Positions 1 to 9,765 of a stretch of 35,743 nt of DNA are shown here, piece by piece. The DNA is from Methanoregula sp. (GTDB lineage: Archaea > Halobacteriota > Methanomicrobia > Methanomicrobiales > Methanospirillaceae): assembly GCA_039698055.1 (NCBI GenBank), contig JBDKTL010000026.1, forward strand, positions 1-35,743, given 5' to 3'. Made by a program: the position numbers and the translations under genes. How positions within the stretch are numbered: position 1 is the stretch's first letter; the number at the start of each line of letters is the position of its first letter. The notes under the pieces were generated by a model. That model saw only the letters and a list, made by a program, of their open reading frames with translations, was not told where the DNA came from and searched no databases.

Positions 1-646
1 TCTTCGATGCAATATCCCGGATATACACAAGCGCCGCAATCGCATCCTTTTTTTTCTGGTCGCATGACGCAGTTTTCATCCACGATACGAATCGCTCCCG
101 GGTTCCTGCGTCGATCGAACCTCCCGCAACCGAAAGGATATGTGACCAGGTGCGCTGCGGGTAAAAAACCGAGCGGGCCGTGGACAGGAGTGCAGCATGC
201 TCACCGGGAGTAATAATTTTTGCCGCTTCTGCCCGGTTCAGCGAACAGCGAATGTTGACAAGAGGTTCAGATAGCGGGATATAGGTCTCGGGGTCAAAAA
301 TGAGGGCGACCTCGTCGTCGGATTCCAGTTCCTTTGCGGCATACTGGCGATAAATCTCCCCGATACCGACCATGCCGAGCGTGTCGAGTTCTGCCGCCCG
401 CAGTGCTCCCATGCTCGATGCGCCGATGACTTTTACCCCTTTTTTTATCGCGTGCATGACTTCGCGGTGGGCAACGGCGCAGTCCTGGTGAAAGACCCCG
501 TCGATTAACCCGATAACCGTGGCGCCATCTGCGACAGCGGTAAGGATATCACCCCGTTTTGCCGGTGGCCGGTACTCTGCGGTAAGGATCTTACCGGCTG
601 ATATGTGATCAAGACTTGGCCCGAGAAAGACGATGATCTTTTGCAT
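1..646 (-). CDS. tfuA: TfuA-like protein (YcaO partner in McrA thioamidation); 3' end runs off the window
   Basis: Manual translation from ATG at 646: MQKIIVFLGPSL...YRPPAKRGDI...IGLIDGVFHQDCAVAHREV...VIGASSMGALRAAEL...MVGIGEIY...DDEVAL...EPLVNIR, the TfuA signature blocks. Frame open to base 1 and overlaps the ycaO stop. Absent from the ORF track. Confidence 0.93.
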   Translation of the reverse strand, partial: MQKIIVFLGPSLDHISAGKILTAEYRPPAKRGDILTAVADGATVIGLIDGVFHQDCAVAHREVMHAIKKGVKVIGASSMGALRAAELDTLGMVGIGEIYRQYAAKELESDDEVALIFDPETYIPLSEPLVNIRCSLNRAEAAKIITPGEHAALLSTARSVFYPQRTWSHILSVAGGSIDAGTRERFVSWMKTASCDQKKKDAIAALVYIRDIASK

Positions 647-1829
647 TTTTCACCCGTTCTCCCCGCCGCTCCGGGTCCATTGCAAAGACTTCAAGACCCG
701 GCACAATGACCCGCACGACCGGGATCCCGATCTCTTCCCGTGTCAGGTCAACGACGATGACACGGTCGAGACCCTGTTTGTTCAGGGCGTCGATTACGTA
801 CTGGATATCTTTCTGGAAATCGTCGCTGTCATACGACGGGATCTTTGTATAATCGGTTGTTCCGTTATCCCGGAACCAGTACGCGTTGATCCGCTTTGCC
901 CGGTCATACCCCATTTTTTTGCGGAGATCGGCGATAGTGGTGTCTTCGCGTGCACCATGGATCTGCGTGAGCCGGCTCTGTGCCACTTCAGTCAGCGCCC
1001 GCATGACTGCAATCCGGGCACTGGTATGCGTCCCGATGCCAATCGTTAAAAGGGAAGGGTCCTTGAGCAGCACATCATCGGCCACTGCCGCCATGGTGGG
1101 TATGCCGATGTCGCTTGTAATATCCCTGACCGTGACCTCGACCTGTGCATCGGCAAATTTCTTCTGCATGTCCTGTAATACCGGGTCATCGATATTGACG
1201 ACTGCCGGGCCGGTATCCCTTGTCCCCTCGACAAGCGACCATGCATCCCGCTCGACAACTTCGGAGAGTGCGTGGAATATCGCCTCTTCTATCGTGTTCC
1301 CTGAGGCAAGCCCGTTTGTGTTGGTGCGGAAGAGCTGCCGGTTGTTGGGCAGGACAGGATGGAATACGGCATGAGCCGGGACAAGCACCGTCTCATCGTT
1401 TGCAATATCAAATCCTTCAATCCACGGGATGATGCGGTCGAGATTGGCCTCTTGCGGGAGGATCAGGTCTTCGGGGTTGATCACCGGCTCCCTTCCCACG
1501 ATCTGGGAATAGAGATCGACGCGGAGCCTGCGTTCATGCACTTCGGATGAGTACCTCTCGATGCCTTCCATGATCGCGGAAATACGCGATTCCTCAACCG
1601 TTGCACCCTTGCCATTGTATACCGTAATTGCCCCGGATTCGGCAGTCGGGCGGATGCAGGAAAAGACCGGTATCCCGATCCGGTCAAGGTTCGTGATATC
1701 GGCAACTCTCGTAATACCGGCGGCCGGGACTTTGGGTTCGATTCTCTTGAGCGTCTCTTTGAGCGGCACAGCGCGCTGGGTCTCATTGTTATAGGTCTTT
1801 TTGCAGGAGTGCAGGTGCATGAGGTTCAC
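609..1829 (-). CDS. ycaO: YcaO-family McrA-glycine thioamidation protein (methanogenesis marker 1)
   Basis: GITRVADITNLDRIGIPV, NGKG...SAIMEGIERYS, TNGLASGNTIEEAIFHALSEVVERDA, RALTEVAQSR, PVVRVIVPGLE motifs. Next to tfuA. True start may be ATG at 1820. Confidence 0.95.
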   Translation of the reverse strand: MNLMHLHSCKKTYNNETQRAVPLKETLKRIEPKVPAAGITRVADITNLDRIGIPVFSCIRPTAESGAITVYNGKGATVEESRISAIMEGIERYSSEVHERRLRVDLYSQIVGREPVINPEDLILPQEANLDRIIPWIEGFDIANDETVLVPAHAVFHPVLPNNRQLFRTNTNGLASGNTIEEAIFHALSEVVERDAWSLVEGTRDTGPAVVNIDDPVLQDMQKKFADAQVEVTVRDITSDIGIPTMAAVADDVLLKDPSLLTIGIGTHTSARIAVMRALTEVAQSRLTQIHGAREDTTIADLRKKMGYDRAKRINAYWFRDNGTTDYTKIPSYDSDDFQKDIQYVIDALNKQGLDRVIVVDLTREEIGIPVVRVIVPGLEVFAMDPERRGERVKNAKDHRLSRAKS

Positions 1830-2497
1830 CAGTGTTGATGGGTGGGTGGTTGTATGGCTCCCGGATTCGGGTTTTTAAAATTTGTTCCGGTGGAATTTTT
1901 CGTAATTTAGCATTCACATTTCCGGTGTTTATACATGTTTATTTGTCGGCAGGCAAGATGGGGGATTAACCCTGAAGTCACGTACTACTGTCCATTTCAA
2001 ATGCTGAGTGGAGGAGCAAAGCGGTAGCCTTCCCGGGAAAACCAGGAGGCCATTTTCATTTTTTAGTCATTCCCCACGAGTATTGTCTGGTTTCAGCTCG
2101 GACATGGGTGAATGATGGATTCCCCTGGCCGGCTCATTCCCTCTTTTTATTATTAAACCGGTTATCCACAACCTGACCGCCCGGGGATTTCCTCCTGACC
2201 GAGAATAACGGTCAATTTCCGGTTTTATTATCTGTAATTGGTTCTTCTCTGGCCGTTTTTTCATCATTATAGGGTAATGTATATGTCTATATAGAGAAAA
2301 TAGGAATAACTATTAAGCAGTTTAATTTGTACAAATTGTAATCTGTACCAGACATAAAATTTAAAAAACCAGAAGCAGACGACTCTTCGGTTCAATGAGA
2401 TTATGCAAAGGGACCGGTTCACGGTATCCTGGAGAAGGAAACCGAAGACACAACTTCAAAATCAAAAGACCTTGAGTTCCGATGGAATCAGATCCAA

Positions 2498-3370
2498 ATG
2501 GGTGGCAGGATCATGAAAATCGCCAAGGGTAATAAACAACAAAAAACCGGGCATTCAGGGAAGAAATTTGTTATCGTTGGCGTTATCCTTTTACTCATAC
2601 TTGTGATAGTTGTTATCGGACTCAACATCAGTTCCGGACGTTCCGCTATCATCACCATGGAAAACGACAATGCGGAAAGCATTATGACCATTAACGGGTT
2701 AATTGCCCATGAATACGAAACCGAGATCTACCCTCAGGGAAAGGCAAAGATCGATAGTGAACTGGTAAAACTTTCGGCAATCCCTGATCCAACATCAAAA
2801 TTAAACGAGATCTTCGTCTGGGAGATGAAGGACTGGATTGACGTGAATGAGAATCTTTCCAGGTTCGGGTGCATCAATCCAGCCTGCACGTATGCTGTGT
2901 TACTGGGCAGTGACAAGGCCCGGTTACGGGCAAGCCCTTTTTATGACGGCATCCTGTACCCGCAGGAAAATCCCAATCGGACGATGTATGGCGATGATCC
3001 TTACTGGATAGCATACAATATGGTAGGGGACTGCCGTGAATACTCGCATCTGTTCTCCTCCATGGCGGCGCAATCCGGCATAGACTCCCGCATCGTCCGG
3101 ACCAATTCCCACGAGTGGGTGGAAGTGCAGCTCAATAATGAATCCTATTATTATGATCCCTGGTGCGCCATTGTCAATGATTATTACAATGCAACTGATG
3201 GCAACATGACCTACGAGGACAAATGGTTCAACAGGATTGGGTATTTTGAAGAGAATTGCCACCCTCCCGATGGGTATCTCATCAGCTATGATAGTTATCC
3301 CTGGGTATGGGCAACGCCAAAATACCAGCTGGCATATCAAATGACGGCGATTAAAGACATTTTTAAATAG
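2498..3370 (+). CDS. Membrane-anchored/exported transglutaminase-like (Cys-His-Asp) protein
   Basis: Basic N-terminus plus hydrophobic helix; GDCREYS...GIDSRIV...HEWVEV...YYYDPW matches the transglutaminase/PNGase-core triad. Start may be ATG 2513. Confidence 0.75.
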   Translation: MGGRIMKIAKGNKQQKTGHSGKKFVIVGVILLLILVIVVIGLNISSGRSAIITMENDNAESIMTINGLIAHEYETEIYPQGKAKIDSELVKLSAIPDPTSKLNEIFVWEMKDWIDVNENLSRFGCINPACTYAVLLGSDKARLRASPFYDGILYPQENPNRTMYGDDPYWIAYNMVGDCREYSHLFSSMAAQSGIDSRIVRTNSHEWVEVQLNNESYYYDPWCAIVNDYYNATDGNMTYEDKWFNRIGYFEENCHPPDGYLISYDSYPWVWATPKYQLAYQMTAIKDIFK

Positions 3371-3438
3371 TCCAATCTCTTTTTAGTGTCCTTGTTCGCG
3401 ATCCCAATTCCCGACGTGTTTTTTGGCATGGCTCTCTC

Positions 3439-4440
3439 TTAAAACCACCCTTCCAGCGTCTTTTGCCCGGCTTTAACCGCATACGCTTCAAGCGCCTTGT
3501 TCACCCGCTCTTCGGAAAAATCATACCCGTCGCAGAGCATCTTCTTTATCCCTTCGCTGTCGGGGTGATTCCATACCAGGGTATAATCACCTGTCACTGG
3601 CGGGTGGAGGAACAGGTCGATAATGGGAGAAGGATCGAAGTCCGGCAGGCTCTCTTTGAGTTTTGCATCAAACTCGCCTTTCTGCACCAGTTTCAGGCCC
3701 GTTTTGGGGCCGACACCGTGAACCCCGGGATTGAAATCGGTTCCCACGAGGATACCGATTTGGATCAACTGTTCGCGGGTGATGTGGAGTCCGGCCAGCA
3801 CCTCGGCAAGGACGATCCGCTCCGGGTTGACCGTGATCGTCCGGCCCCGGATCTTCCTTTTGCCGGTGATCGTCAGGTTCCGGGCCAGTGTCGGGGCGCC
3901 AAACAACAGCGTATCATAATCCTGCGACACCGCATACCGGGCATCGCCTTTCTCCACCATGTATGCTGCCTGGGCTTCTCCTTCGCCTGGCGCCTGCACC
4001 ACCGGAATTCCCATAAGGCGCAGGAGTTCTTTGGATGTCTCAATAATTGTCGTATCCACGCGGGTGGATGACCGTGCCTGCTTGTATGCCTCCGCTTCGT
4101 CGCCCCGCTTGAGCGCGTCCATCCAGCGCTCTCCTGCATCATCGCGGACTTTCCTTCGGGCATCAATTGTTGCCTTTTTTAAATCCGTCGGCACGCCATC
4201 GAACACAAAGACCGGTTTTATTCCTTTCCCCAAAAAATTCGAGATCCGGAAAAGGATGCCGGAGAGGTGGGACGTAACCCGGCCGTTCCTGTCCATCAGC
4301 GGTGTGCCGTCCGGCTGGCGGATGATCGTCAGGAACTGGTAGAGGGCATTATTTGCGTCGACTGCCGCAATCCCGCAAAAGCTCTCCCATTCGGCCGGTT
4401 TCTTGTATTCCGCGATAATGTCCCGTAATGCTACTCCCAT
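3439..4440 (-). CDS. fen: Flap endonuclease-1
   Basis: MGV..., [56 protein letters not shown]; C-terminal PIP box QKTLEGWF. Confidence 0.97.
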   Translation of the reverse strand: MGVALRDIIAEYKKPAEWESFCGIAAVDANNALYQFLTIIRQPDGTPLMDRNGRVTSHLSGILFRISNFLGKGIKPVFVFDGVPTDLKKATIDARRKVRDDAGERWMDALKRGDEAEAYKQARSSTRVDTTIIETSKELLRLMGIPVVQAPGEGEAQAAYMVEKGDARYAVSQDYDTLLFGAPTLARNLTITGKRKIRGRTITVNPERIVLAEVLAGLHITREQLIQIGILVGTDFNPGVHGVGPKTGLKLVQKGEFDAKLKESLPDFDPSPIIDLFLHPPVTGDYTLVWNHPDSEGIKKMLCDGYDFSEERVNKALEAYAVKAGQKTLEGWF

Positions 4441-4470
4441 TGTTTCACCGTCCCGATTAAAAAAACCGGA

Positions 4471-4785
4471 TTACTTATAGGCCCGTTTTGATATTTCACT
4501 GACCAGCTCGTCCAGGTGGTTAATTGCCAGATCGTATTTCCGGGCCATCCGGTCCGAGATCTCCTCTAAGTTCGTGCGCAGCATATGTTCGCGGGATATG
4601 ACGCTTTGTTCCAGGTGCCGCACCTTGATCTGAAGGGAGAGAAAAAGCCCGCCCAGGGAGAGCATCATCAGGACTGCCGCGATCGCAATCGTAAGATCCT
4701 GCCAGAACCGGAGGATAAGGACGAGCGTTGAGATAATCATGACGATGGTGAGCAGGATATCAATAAGGTACTCACGTATGTCCAT
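4471..4785 (-). CDS. Small hypothetical membrane protein (2 TM + coiled-coil tail)
   Basis: ORF upstream of and co-oriented with fen; two hydrophobic segments; ATG at 4785 preferred over 4806. Confidence 0.7.
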   Translation of the reverse strand: MDIREYLIDILLTIVMIISTLVLILRFWQDLTIAIAAVLMMLSLGGLFLSLQIKVRHLEQSVISREHMLRTNLEEISDRMARKYDLAINHLDELVSEISKRAYK

Positions 4786-4841
4786 GCTTTTAGATGATGA
4801 AAGCACACTAATTAAGCTAACTATCCGCCCGGAGTATTTTT

Positions 4842-5735
4842 ATGGACTATAAAAAGATTATACCGTTCCTTGCCATGCCCATTCTTCTGCTCGCCGTGGA
4901 AGCGGGTTCAATCCTGCTCTCCCTTCCGGTCCAGGCAGCAGGGCTTACTGCGTTTGATAACCCCGACTCGATTGCAAACCCGCTCATTTTTGTGGTGATC
5001 CTGCTCGCGTTTACCGGGCTCCTTTTGATCCTGATCAAATACAACTTAAAAAAAGTGATCGCTGCTGTCATCGGGTTCTCCATCTTCCTGACGTTCGGGT
5101 ATATTTTTACTGCCCTTGTGACGATGGTGATGGGAGCAACAGATGCAGCAATCGTGGTTATGCTCATACTCTCGGTTCTTGCCACACTTGTCCTGTACAA
5201 ATACCCGGAATGGTATGTTATTGACGTGCTGGGAGTCCTTATCGGGGCAGGCGTTGCATCGATCTTCGGGGTCTCGCTCAACATCCTTCCCGTCATCGTG
5301 CTCCTTGTCATCCTCGCGATATATGACGCGATATCTGTGTACAAGACCAAGCATATGATCACTCTCGCAGAAGGTGTCATTGACTTAAAAACGCCGATCC
5401 TCTTTGTGATACCCAAGCGCCGCAGTTACTCGTTTATCCGCGAAGGTATCGGAAAACTGGATGACGGCGGGGAACGGTCGGCGTTCATCATGGGCATGGG
5501 GGACCTGATCATGCCATCTGTCCTTGTTGTTTCAGCAAATGTTTTTTCAAAAAGCGATCGGTTATTTGGGGCAATCAACCTGCCCGCACTGGGAGCGATT
5601 ATCGGGTCGCTTGCCGGCCTTGTCGTCCTGTTGTATTTTGTCACGTCAGGACGCCCGCAGGCCGGCCTTCCGCCATTAAACGGCGGGACGATTATTGGGT
5701 TTCTGGCGGGATGGGCTCTTGTCGGCTTTGTATAA
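4842..5735 (+). CDS. Presenilin-family intramembrane aspartyl protease (PSH, GxGD type)
   Basis: Polytopic; YD (LAIYDAISVYKTKHM), GxGD (MGMGD) and PAL-like AGLPPLN motifs as in archaeal PSH. Confidence 0.93.
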   Translation: MDYKKIIPFLAMPILLLAVEAGSILLSLPVQAAGLTAFDNPDSIANPLIFVVILLAFTGLLLILIKYNLKKVIAAVIGFSIFLTFGYIFTALVTMVMGATDAAIVVMLILSVLATLVLYKYPEWYVIDVLGVLIGAGVASIFGVSLNILPVIVLLVILAIYDAISVYKTKHMITLAEGVIDLKTPILFVIPKRRSYSFIREGIGKLDDGGERSAFIMGMGDLIMPSVLVVSANVFSKSDRLFGAINLPALGAIIGSLAGLVVLLYFVTSGRPQAGLPPLNGGTIIGFLAGWALVGFV

Positions 5736-6669
5736 ACGCGGGTTTGAAGACAAGGAGTTCTGATAAGACCTTGTCAACTCCTTCTTTTGTTTGTGTTGAC
5801 ATGGTCAGGTAATGGTCATCGGCCACGATGTCTGATTTGTTTGCTACGATGACGATTGGCACCTTCACCATATCTTTTACTTCGTCAAGAAGCCTCAGCT
5901 GGACGTCCATGGGATACCCGCAGTGCTCGGACGGGTCGAGAATAAAGAGGATGACGTTTGCGACATTCATCATCGCGGAGAGCGCCTGTTTTTCAATTGC
6001 GTTGCGCTCTTCTGCGGGACGATCCAGGATACCCGGCGTATCGACAAACTGGATCCGGTGACGGCCATCCTCGCGGTGGCCGACGATGATGCTTTTTGTG
6101 GTAAACGGGTAGCATGCGATCTGAGGATCGGCAGAGGAGACCAGCCGGATAAACGAGGATTTCCCTACATTTGGATAACCGGCAATGACAATTGTGTAGG
6201 CATCCTCGACATGGGGCAGTTTCCGGAGCACGTTTCGCACTTCGTTTAAGAACCGCAGGTCCTTATCGATCTGGTGCACCATGGAGGCAAGCCGGGCAAC
6301 CGCTCTTTTTCGTAACACCAGTGTCTCATCAGAATGCCGTGACTCAACTGCGAGCTCGTTTCCTATCATTTTTGTATGCTTTGCCGCCCAGCCCACTGCC
6401 CCCAGTGACTGCTTTATATTGTCAATACCGTAGAGGATATCGGCCAGCTCCCGGTAGAATGGTGGTATCTGGTCAAATTCGGGAAAGCCCCGGATGATGT
6501 ACACCAGCCGGTCATGGATTGCTGCGCCAACTGCCCGTACAAATTCTTCGTTGGCGCGCTCCTTGTTCGTCTTTTCTTTCATCTTCTTTGCAGCACGGCG
6601 GAAACTCCGGTCAAGGATCTCATCCGCCGTTGGCACAGTTGGCATTTTTTCGAATTCCACAAAACTCAA
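5692..6669 (-). CDS. NOG1-family GTP-binding protein
   Basis: FEKMPTVPTADEILD N-terminus; GYPNVGKSS, YPFTTK, DTPG, NKSD G-motifs. Start may be GTG 6660. Confidence 0.93.
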   Translation of the reverse strand: MSFVEFEKMPTVPTADEILDRSFRRAAKKMKEKTNKERANEEFVRAVGAAIHDRLVYIIRGFPEFDQIPPFYRELADILYGIDNIKQSLGAVGWAAKHTKMIGNELAVESRHSDETLVLRKRAVARLASMVHQIDKDLRFLNEVRNVLRKLPHVEDAYTIVIAGYPNVGKSSFIRLVSSADPQIACYPFTTKSIIVGHREDGRHRIQFVDTPGILDRPAEERNAIEKQALSAMMNVANVILFILDPSEHCGYPMDVQLRLLDEVKDMVKVPIVIVANKSDIVADDHYLTMSTQTKEGVDKVLSELLVFKPAFIQSRQEPIPPETQ

Positions 6670-6707
6670 ACCTATATATTCATAGAGTGTTATAACGTCT
6701 TATCGTT

Positions 6708-7586
6708 ATGGACTTGTCCCTGATCCAGAAAGACATCTTAATCACCCTTATTACCCTGTATCACCAGCATTCCCACTCCATCAAAGGCGAGGAGATTGCC
6801 GACATGATCCAGCGCAACCCGGGAACTGTACGCAACCAGATGCAGTCCCTCAAAGCGATTGGTCTTGTTGATGGGGTGCCCGGCCCCAAAGGGGGATACA
6901 TCCCTACGGAAACGGCATACCGGGAACTCAACCTGAATACAGCGGGTGTGGATTATGATGTACCTATCAGCCGGGACGGGGAAGAGGTAAAGGGGGCACA
7001 TGTCCAGGAGATCGATTTTACCACCCTGTGCCACCCGGATGTCTGCCATGCAGTGATCAAACTGGTCGGGAGTTCCAAGATTTTCAATATCGGGGACCAG
7101 ATTACCATTGGCCCGACACCGGTGAACAAGCTCCTGATACGCGGAGAAGTGTTTGGGAAGGATGAAGCAAAGCAATCGCTTCTTATTGCGACTTCAGAGA
7201 TGTTCTCACTCCCAAAAAAGCCAATCCGGCATTATATGAGCAGTCCTCTTAAGATCCTCAGGAGCACGGAAACCATCCGCGATGCGATACGGCTGTTCAA
7301 TACTTTCCATTTTCACGGCGCCCCGATTATTGACCGGGGAAAACTGGTGGGGATCGTCACCATGAGCGATATCATCAAGGCGCTGGATACCGGGCTTCCG
7401 GTGGAAACCGCACTTTCCAAAGTCATGACAACCGACGTGGTCGAAGCCCCTTCCGATACCCGGCTCTTTGAAGTGATCCGGCGGTTCAAGGAACGGGAGA
7501 TCGGCCGCCTGATTGTCGTTGAAGAGGGAAAACCGGTGGGGATCATCACACAGTCAGATATCATCCGGGTGTTCCCGGCATTATAA
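6708..7586 (+). CDS. Winged-HTH + CBS-pair putative transcriptional regulator
   Basis: IKGEEIA...RNPGTVRNQMQSLK...GVPGPKGGY HTH; GPTPVN middle block; two C-terminal CBS domains. Confidence 0.88.
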   Translation: MDLSLIQKDILITLITLYHQHSHSIKGEEIADMIQRNPGTVRNQMQSLKAIGLVDGVPGPKGGYIPTETAYRELNLNTAGVDYDVPISRDGEEVKGAHVQEIDFTTLCHPDVCHAVIKLVGSSKIFNIGDQITIGPTPVNKLLIRGEVFGKDEAKQSLLIATSEMFSLPKKPIRHYMSSPLKILRSTETIRDAIRLFNTFHFHGAPIIDRGKLVGIVTMSDIIKALDTGLPVETALSKVMTTDVVEAPSDTRLFEVIRRFKEREIGRLIVVEEGKPVGIITQSDIIRVFPAL

Positions 7587-7613
7587 CCGGCCCCCTTTTT
7601 TTTTAGTTTTTTT
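7587..7613 (+). terminator. T-rich archaeal terminator candidate
   Basis: ccggccccc followed by two long T runs right after the stop codon. Confidence 0.45.
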
Positions 7614-7771
7614 AAGGCACGCTGGTATGCAGGGTCACCACCCGCTCGTATCGGACGCACCCTGACGGCAGAATGCCAGAAATCCTGAAATTGACGAATT
7701 AATTCTCAAAATAACGGATTTTGCACCCCTGTTTTAGATTACTTTAAATATTAATAAATCGACATTTTTTT

Positions 7772-8026
7772 ATGTCCCGCATCTTTGCCCGCACACTATC
7801 ACGAAAAAAAGTTATGAGCAATGACGGTAAGCTTATCGGAACGCTCAAAAATATCCGGGTCGATTTTGATTCAGGGCAGGTTCTCGAGATGATCGTCCAC
7901 CCTGACCAGACCTTTGTAACGGATGGATACACTCTTGAGGATGACAAACTGCTCATCATCCCGTTTGAAGCGGTAAAAGATATCAAGGACTATATTGTTG
8001 TTGACCGTTACCTTGCACGAAGGTAA
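7772..8026 (+). CDS. PRC-barrel domain protein
   Basis: LSRKKVMSNDGKLIGTL...IIPFEAVKDIKDYIVV is the PRC-barrel pattern. Confidence 0.88.
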   Translation: MSRIFARTLSRKKVMSNDGKLIGTLKNIRVDFDSGQVLEMIVHPDQTFVTDGYTLEDDKLLIIPFEAVKDIKDYIVVDRYLARR

Positions 8027-8706
8027 GGTGCGTATTCTTTTATTGCTTCAACAAACCCGTTTCCATACTCTTTTTTGCTTACATACTGTGCGACTGCTTT
8101 GATGTCGGGGTGTGCATTTGCAACCGTGATTCCCATACCGGCAGTTTTCAGCATCTGGAGATCGTTTATCGAGTCGCCAATTGCAAGGAAGTCTGACGGT
8201 AAAAGATCCATCTCTCCTGCAAGAGCCTCTAACGCAGTCCCTTTATTGACGCCCATGGACTGCAGGTGGATTGCATACCCGGTATCAATCACCTGTACCG
8301 GGAAATTTTTAAGAAAGGTTGTTACTTCCCCTGAGGGAACCGTCCGGGCAAATGCGATGTCGGCAAACCGGTACGTGGGACTGTAGAGTTCCAGTTCGAT
8401 ACCTTTTTTCCGGTAATGGTCCTGGAGCGCCTCAAGTGCGGTATAACAGACGGACTGGTCCCCGTTGATGTGAGGGGTGCCCGTATACCCGATCCGGTAC
8501 ACCCCGCCGTTCTCCGCGATAAACGTGCCATGCGTCCCGATCATCTTGCAGAGGGCATCCATAAAACAGGAGGTGTTGCCGCTTGCCAGCACCACCTCAA
8601 TGTTTTGATCCACGAGCGAGCGGATCATCCCGATTGCCCCGGTGTCGATCCTGCGTGTGGGACAGGTAATTGTCCCGTCCACATCGGTAAGGAGCGCTTT
8701 TAACAC
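8008..8706 (-). CDS. HAD-superfamily phosphoglycolate phosphatase (archaeal SPP-like)
   Basis: DVDGT, LASGN, AENGG, VNKG, GDSIND motifs. Confidence 0.9.
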   Translation of the reverse strand: MLKALLTDVDGTITCPTRRIDTGAIGMIRSLVDQNIEVVLASGNTSCFMDALCKMIGTHGTFIAENGGVYRIGYTGTPHINGDQSVCYTALEALQDHYRKKGIELELYSPTYRFADIAFARTVPSGEVTTFLKNFPVQVIDTGYAIHLQSMGVNKGTALEALAGEMDLLPSDFLAIGDSINDLQMLKTAGMGITVANAHPDIKAVAQYVSKKEYGNGFVEAIKEYAPYLRAR

Positions 8707-9677
8707 GATTTGAGGCCACCCTCTTCAACGATGAACGGTGCCTCGCCCTCGGGCAGGTTGGGACTGTCGACAAGGCGTGCGATACGTTTGCCGCCTTTGC
8801 TCTTGCGCAGGTACAGGCGGAATGTTGCGGTATGGCCGACAATGTTGCCACCGATGGGTTTTGTCGGGTCGCCAAAGAACACTGCCGGGTTTGACATGAC
8901 CTGGTTGGTGACAAGCCCCACGCCATTGTGCTCGTCAATGAGTTTGAAGAGCTCGTGCATATGCCGGTTCAGTTTCTGCTGGCGTGCGGCAAGCGTTCCC
9001 CTGCCGGCGTATTCCGCCCGGAAATGTGCGGTCAGCGAATCGATGATAAAGAGTTTCACCGGTTTACCGCTGTCTTTTAGCTCGTTTGCCAGGTCCCGTG
9101 AATTCTCGATAAGGAGCATCTGGTGGTCCGATGTGTGTGCACGGGCGATATGGATATTATTCAAAAATTCCTGCGGATCCGGGATATCATCCAGCCCGAG
9201 GCCGTTTACCATCTGCTCGATACGCTCGGGACGGAAGGTGTTTTCGGTATCGATGTAGATGACGCTGCCGTCAAGACCGCCCTGTTCTACGGGGAGCTGC
9301 ACATTCACCGACATCTGGTGGACGATCTGGCTTTTACCTGACCCGAATTCACCGTACATCTCGGTGATAGCCTGCGTTTCCATGCCGCCACCCAACAGGG
9401 CGTCCAGCTCCGGGACCCGGAACGAGAGTTTTTTGACATCCTTTCGCTGCTCAAAGATGTCTTTACCGGTCTTGAACCCGCCGATATCTGCCGATTCGCG
9501 GGCGGCTTTGATGATCTTCTTTGCCGTGGACTCGGATATTTCGGTAATCTCTGAGAGTTCTGCCGGGGCTGCGGTTGCAATGCTCTCCACTGAAAGGTAG
9601 CCTGCTTCACGAAGCTTGTCTGCGGTGCTTGGTCCGACACCTGGTAAATCTTCAATGTCTAATTGTTTTTCAGCCAT
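8700..9677 (-). CDS. radA: DNA repair and recombination protein RadA
   Basis: HhH N-terminus (IEDLPGVGP), [52 protein letters not shown] 9677 preferred. No intein. Confidence 0.97.
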   Translation of the reverse strand: MAEKQLDIEDLPGVGPSTADKLREAGYLSVESIATAAPAELSEITEISESTAKKIIKAARESADIGGFKTGKDIFEQRKDVKKLSFRVPELDALLGGGMETQAITEMYGEFGSGKSQIVHQMSVNVQLPVEQGGLDGSVIYIDTENTFRPERIEQMVNGLGLDDIPDPQEFLNNIHIARAHTSDHQMLLIENSRDLANELKDSGKPVKLFIIDSLTAHFRAEYAGRGTLAARQQKLNRHMHELFKLIDEHNGVGLVTNQVMSNPAVFFGDPTKPIGGNIVGHTATFRLYLRKSKGGKRIARLVDSPNLPEGEAPFIVEEGGLKSC

Positions 9678-9765
9678 TTCTTGCACATCTCCTATGGCAT
9701 AACAACATTTCAACCCCCCCCATATAGCCTCTGTGACTGTGCAGGGTGAAAGTGATTATGTGTGA

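Noticed and set aside
2067-2267. 66-aa minus-strand ORF in the ycaO upstream region
   Set aside because: No motif or clear RBS; cannot be supported from sequence alone.
8700-9713. Intein in RadA or the extended MKCC N-terminus
   Set aside because: Length is normal and motifs are contiguous; ATG 9677 gives the typical N-terminus.
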